Assembly: GCA_049968235.1 (NCBI GenBank)
Contig: JBMFRC010000005.1
Coordinates: forward strand, 121,444 to 185,443
DNA from: Candidatus Hydrogenedens sp.
GTDB lineage: Bacteria > Hydrogenedentota > Hydrogenedentia > Hydrogenedentales > Hydrogenedentaceae
DNA length: 64,000 nt
Direction: 5' to 3'
Shown here: in pieces, positions 63,320-64,000 of the stretch
Layout of the letters: each line of letters opens with the position of its first letter
Position numbering within the stretch: position 1 is the stretch's first letter
Program-made: the position numbers and the translations under genes
The notes under the pieces: generated by a model
What the model was told of the DNA's origin: nothing
What the model saw: the letters and a program-made list of their open reading frames with translations, nothing else
Database searches by the model: none

Positions 63320-63611
63320 AACAATGATTCCATGAATATGATTGGGCATTATTACAAATTCATCCAATAAAAGTATTGGGAAAATGTTTTGGTATTTCCA
63401 ACCAACAATTTTGTGCCACCATCCCCGCATCGTTCAACACCATTTTTCCATCCGCCACATTACCAAATAAACATGCCCGGTTTTGCGTTACAATGGTGAT
63501 AAAATACGCCCCCGGTTGGGCGTAATCATACCCCAGCAATCGAATGGAACGCCGGTGGTGGATATTGGGATTGTATTTGTTCTTTTTTAATTCATCTATG
63601 TTTGTGGTGTA
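63320..63611 (-). pseudogene. degenerate REP-associated tyrosine transposase (RAYT; IS200-like Y1 HUH transposase) remnant
   Basis: Minus-strand translation '...NIHHRRSIRLLGYDYAQPGAYFITIVTQNRACLFG...VLNDAGMVAQNCWLEIPKHFPN' then, after a 1-nt frameshift near 63370, '...LLDEFVIMPNHIHGIIV'. This is the RAYT N-terminus and HUH motif. No ATG (ATC at the expected start). Truncated right after HxH by the REP palindrome. Confidence 0.55.
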
Positions 63612-63625
63612 TCACCATATGCCCG

Positions 63626-64000
63626 TTATTGGGGCAAATGATTATTTGCCCCTACGATTATTTTTATTTCTTCGGGCTTTAAATCATACAATTGATAAAC
63701 TAACCTATCTATCTCCCTTTCCCACGCACTTGTATCCGCCTGCGGGTTTTGTTTCTTTTCTGCCAATATCTTATCCACCAACTCCTCTATGCGTTTTACC
63801 TGCGGCTCATTGGCAGGGGTGATGGGGGGAAGGGAAATTTTTTCCATGTTCTCTTTTGATGCGTATGTATAGTTTTCTTCAGAAGAAAACAAAAAAGTTA
63901 AAAAATAACGCACCAAATTTGAATTAAATAATGCACAAAAGTATTTTGTTGGTCCGTTCGTTATCATAAAAACTGCATTATTGAAGTATAATCCATCAGG
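63626..64000 (-). CDS. 3' end of a type IIG restriction-modification / N6-adenine DNA methyltransferase-like gene (continues beyond window)
   Basis: Open to the window edge. 'FCALFNSNLVRYFL' and 'EREIDRLVYQLYDLKPEEIKII' match the C-terminal TaqI_C/Eco57I-like target-recognition tail of gamma-class MTase/RM fusion enzymes. Confidence 0.45.
   Translation of the reverse strand, partial: PDGLYFNNAVFMITNGPTKYFCALFNSNLVRYFLTFLFSSEENYTYASKENMEKISLPPITPANEPQVKRIEELVDKILAEKKQNPQADTSAWEREIDRLVYQLYDLKPEEIKIIVGANNHLPQ
63631..63652. repeat. second REP-like palindrome GGGGCAAATGATTATTTGCCCC
   Basis: 9-bp stem / 4-nt loop. 18/22 identical to the first palindrome. Encodes the last residues (VGANNHLPQ*) of the adjacent minus-strand gene. 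Confidence 0.5.

Noticed and set aside
63544-63822. 92-aa plus-strand ORF and 65-aa minus-strand ORF 63233-63430 as real genes
   Set aside because: The plus ORF is antisense to the RAYT remnant. The minus ORF is the out-of-frame C-terminal piece of the decayed RAYT plus read-through of the REP palindrome.

Overview
This is a 64-kb piece of a low-GC bacterial chromosome from a flagellated organism with a Gram-negative-type envelope (lipobox lipoprotein, SurA-like chaperone, NfeD/FloA, TAT signal). About 50 protein genes, no rRNA/tRNA/CRISPR found by eye. The housekeeping backbone is: flgL; a GHMP kinase; rsmI; rpoB-rpoC (with an obvious terminator); a parvulin PPIase; eno-ftsB; a phoH-pgpH(7TM-HD)-ybeY-corC-corC operon; a minus-strand NfeD(long)-x-NfeD(short)-floA-x operon; a 2Fe-2S ferredoxin divergent from a radical SAM gene; ptsN; a DapL-like aminotransferase; an inositol-monophosphatase-family gene with N-terminal AT-hooks; an orphan CheY-like response regulator; surE; a YqaA-family membrane protein; trpC-F-B-A immediately followed by a large six-hairpin glycosidase-like gene; an ECF sigma factor; a TAT-exported Gfo/Idh/MocA oxidoreductase; a methyltransferase; and flagellin with a textbook sigma-28 promoter and terminator. 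The most interesting locus is a three-gene AT-rich secreted-protein operon (13.3-18.3 kb). It is driven by a perfect TTGACA-N17-TATAAT promoter whose spacer is a T11 homopolymer. Its second gene is a lipoprotein split into two reading frames by a (TATC)8 repeat inside the signal-peptide coding region: the signal peptide is in one frame, and the lipobox, the Cys-rich body and a C-terminal M15A/LAS zinc-peptidase-like domain are in another. This is a classical simple-sequence-repeat phase-variation (contingency-locus) architecture, currently in the OFF register. Other accessory signals are: a tandem pair of paralogous secreted S1 serine proteases carrying dockerin-like and TSP3-like Ca-binding tails; a degenerate REP-associated tyrosine transposase (RAYT) flanked by two REP-like GGGGC...GCCCC palindromes, one of which forms the 3' end of a type IIG RM/methyltransferase-like gene running off the window; a stand-alone AMP-binding C-terminal domain fragment; and a 900-bp pyrimidine-skewed noncoding gap. 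Coordinates of starts are approximate where noted; all functional calls are from motif recognition by eye, not database searches.
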